Source of the DNA: Leucoraja ocellata
Taxonomy: Eukaryota
Assembly: GCA_036785375.1 (NCBI GenBank)
Contig: JAWMAR010000008.1
Coordinates: 12,276,001 to 12,340,000, forward strand
Length of the DNA: 64,000 bases
Reading direction: 5' to 3'
Shown here: positions 61,585 through 64,000 of the stretch, piece after piece
Numbering within the stretch: position 1 is the stretch's first letter
How the letters are laid out: the number at the start of each line of letters is the position of its first letter
Translations under genes and position numbers: made by a program
Notes under the pieces: model-generated
Databases searched by the model: none
What the model was told of the DNA's origin: nothing
Seen by the model: the letters and a program-made list of their open reading frames with translations, nothing else

Positions 61585-61930
61585 TGATGCAGTGGGAATG
61601 CTGCACTGTGGAGGGACCGTACTGAGGAAATGCAACACTGTGGGAGGGGCAATACTGAGGCAGTGCCACACTATAGAAGGAGGCGTGCTCAGAGAGTGCT
61701 GCACTGTGAGGGGAGCAATGCAGAGGGAGCACCACACTGGGAGGGCCAGTACTAAGGAAGCGCTGCACAGTGGGAAGGATGGTGTTGAGGGAGCACCACA
61801 CTATGAGAAGGGCAGGGCAGATGGAGCACCACACTGAGGGATCATCAAGCTTAGAAAGGGGCAGTGTTGAGAGACTGTGGGAGGGGCAGTGAGGGAGAGC
61901 TGTACTGTGGGAGGGACAGCACTGAAAGAG
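61585..61930. repeat. Degenerate ~33-bp minisatellite (gagggagtgctgcactgtgggaggggcagtact)
   Basis: Recurrent cactgtgggaggg and actgagg motifs at roughly 33-bp spacing. Confidence 0.8.
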
Positions 61931-62591
61931 GCTGCAAAGTGGCAAGGGGAAAGAGGAAGCAGGTGACCAGAGGTCCCAGATGTTTCTGTTGTGCCCCACT
62001 TGGGAGAACTTTGCCTTTTCACCCCTTTTTCCTCTCCTCCATTTCCATTCTTGAGTATGATCGTTGAGAGAAACATGTTCTAATAATTACTTTCTCCTAA
62101 CTTTATCAGGATCGGCCTGTTTGAAGACTAAGCTGTAACAGATTGGTGGTTATGTTAAATAATGTGAATATACTGGGCCTCTGCATCATTCAGTAAAATG
62201 AAATAATTTGATACCACTGGGCCCACATGAGGAAACTAAAACATAAGAGCAGAATTGTAGTCTTCCCATGTGTAGGCTGATGCTCTGTGACTGAGAGTAT
62301 CTGACTTCAGCCATTTGAACAGCTCCTTTCACTCCTTCACTGGCTGACACCCATCCCTCTTCCTCCCCAGGCTGCCTGCTTCACATCAGCAGTGCCAGCA
62401 TCCTGGATTTATGAAGCTGCGTTAATGTTATGCTGCCAGGGCATTGTTCACAAGCACATTAGAATAAACAAAGTGTTCCTGTCCATGGGTAGGTACGCTG
62501 ATGGATCACTGTGTGGTGTGTTCTAATCCACTACTGCACGGACCCCTCAGTGTAACCTAGATATGAGCACGAGACAGCCGAACCGGTGAGG

Positions 62592-63215
62592 TAGGTTGGG
62601 GATGCGGAGCCAGCAAGGTTGGTTGGGGATGTGGAGGCAGCAAGGTTGGTTTGGGATGCAAAGCCAGCAAGGTTGGTTGGGGAAGTGGAGCCAGCAAGTT
62701 TGGTAGGGGATGTAGAGGCAGCAAGGTTGGTTGGGGATGCCAAGCCAACAAGGTTGGTTGGATATGTGGAGCCAGCAAGGTTGGTTGGGGATGTGGAGCC
62801 AGCAAGTTTGGTTGGGGATGTGGAGCAGCATGTTTGGTTGGGGGAGCCAGCAAGATTGGTTAGGGGTATGGAGCCAGCAAGTTTGGTTGGGATGTGGAGC
62901 CAGCAAGGTTGGTTATTAAGCCCCTGTCCCACTTAGGAAACCTGAATGGAAACCTCTGGAGACTTTGCGCCCCACCCAACGTTTCCGTGCAGTTGCAGGT
63001 GGTTGCCGGAGGTTGCAGGTAGTGGAAGCAGGTAGGAGACTGACAAAAACCTCCGGGAACCGCACAGAAACCTTGGGTGGGGCGCAAAGTCTCCAGAGGT
63101 TTCCTGTGGGACAGGGGGATGTGGAGGCAGCAAGGTTGGTTGGGGATGTGGAGCCAGCAAGGTTGGTTGGAGATGTGGAGGCATTGTGGTTGGGGATGTG
63201 GAGGCAGTGTGATTG
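62592..63215. repeat. 27-bp G-rich minisatellite (gatgtggagccagcaaggttggttggg), interrupted by a MITE
   Basis: About 12 units at 62592-62914 and 3-4 units at 63117-63215. Explains the repetitive ORFs in all frames. Confidence 0.95.
62919..63116. mobile_element. PIF/Harbinger-type MITE with long palindromic arms
   Basis: TTA|AGCCCCTGTCCCACTTAGGAAACC...GGTTTCCTGTGGGACAGGGG. Internal IR ggaaacctctggagactttgcgccccacccaa / ttgggtggggcgcaaagtctccagaggtttcc. Right TSD lost. Confidence 0.85.
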
Positions 63216-63243
63216 GTGACCTGTGCTCTTTCTCTTCTGACAG

Positions 63244-63374
63244 ATGAGCCCATTCATCTGCGCCGTGACGTGGTGCTGCTGACAGACGACCGCAACATGA
63301 GGGTGAAGGCCATAACTCGCAACGTGCCCGTCAGAGCCATCCCTGTGTTTCTGAAGTGGGCCAAGGTGGGATGA
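63244..63374 (+). CDS. SMG6: SMG6 terminal coding exon (DEPIHLRRDVVLLTDDRNMRVKAITRNVPVRAIPVFLKWAKVG*)
   Basis: Acceptor ctctttctcttctgacag. Contains the VVLLTDDRN catalytic motif. The C-terminus FLKWAKVG parallels mammalian FLTWAQVG. Stop TGA at 63372-63374. Not in the supplied ORF track; read manually. Confidence 0.96.
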
Positions 63375-64000
63375 AGCAGCAGAGCCAGGAAAACTGCCAT
63401 TCTGTGGATTCCAGTGAGTGTCGTCGGGAGGCCCAGGCTTGACATGGCTACCTACTCCTCCATTAAAAAGCTAACATTAAGAGATGACGAGAATCAATAT
63501 GCAGCAGAAGATTGTGTGATTCCAAGGGCACCAAATCAAGCAAGCTGAAGAATGCAGGTCCTGATGATTCGTCTCGATGGTTCTTTAGGAGCAGCTAGTC
63601 GTGGTGGGTTAATAATAGTGACAACTGAGCATCCTGATGCAGGTTAGTGAGAGGCAGCTGTTGCACACATTGAAGGCAGGGACACTCCCTGATGGGATTG
63701 TTCCATTGGAGCCTGGTACATTTGTGGCAGAGACAGAGCACATCCGCTCTGCAATACCTACCCCTATCCTGATCTGTCTCGTCAGATTGGCAGAGCAGAA
63801 AGGTGCCAGCCTCTGATGATTTGTTTTGCTGCTGGGTCTACCGTGTCAATGTTTAGACAGGAGAAATTTCACACACACAAAAAAAAAGTTTGCAAAGAGA
63901 ACTTTGCGTCAGCTTGAGAACAGGGCGGTGGTGGAGGCTTAGCCTGAGAGATTGTGTCAAGGGTCACAGCCACATGCTACAGCCAGAGGCCACTTTTAAT
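63375..64000 (+). other. SMG6: SMG6 3' UTR (partial, probably extends beyond the window)
   Basis: Follows the stop codon and has no recognisable repeats. No canonical AATAAA seen; variant ATTAAA at about 63462. Confidence 0.7.

Noticed and set aside
62592-62914. Regular ~27-bp repeats resembling a CRISPR array (also 61585-61930)
   Set aside because: Units are head-to-tail with no unique spacers, there are no cas genes, and the context is a vertebrate intron.
62531-63257. Repetitive ORFs in nearly all frames (STSPTNLAG, HIPNQPCWL, VGDVEPARL repeats)
   Set aside because: Translations of a 27-bp (multiple of 3) minisatellite within the last SMG6 intron; no gene structure.
63480-63525. ATGA plus hairpin in the 3' UTR as a possible SECIS for the UGA stop
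   Set aside because: The geometry does not fit a SECIS (no GA quartet partner or apical AA at the right spacing), and the UGA matches the conserved SMG6 C-terminus.

Overview
Eukaryotic (vertebrate) genomic DNA. The repeat content suggests a cartilaginous fish, probably a skate or ray (inference). The window holds the last five coding exons of SMG6/EST1A on the + strand: 1224-1373, 24437-24590, 44113-44324, 60909-60990 and 63244-63374. These total 729 nt and encode the C-terminal 242 aa, including the whole PIN endonuclease domain, followed by the start of the 3' UTR. All four introns (23.1, 19.5, 16.6 and 2.3 kb) are GT-AG and phase-consistent. They are packed with CR1 LINE fragments, tRNA-derived SINEs, Penelope-like element (PLE) fragments, a deleted Passport-like Tc1 element, a Tc2/pogo-like element, three PIF/Harbinger MITEs and several minisatellites. 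The most notable unexplained structures are: (1) a dispersed family of PLE-derived short repeats carrying a minimal hammerhead-ribozyme core (CUGAAGA-stem II-GAAACGUC), many in sense to the SMG6 pre-mRNA and often arranged head-to-head; (2) a 371-bp, about 98% identical inverted duplication with no target-site duplication (TSD); (3) unclassified small terminal-inverted-repeat (TIR) elements and palindromes; (4) a G-rich minisatellite split by a MITE just upstream of the last exon. Nearly all ORFs in the supplied track are spurious or repeat-derived. Repeat boundaries are approximate unless TIRs or TSDs are quoted, and family names come from recalled consensus features, not database searches.
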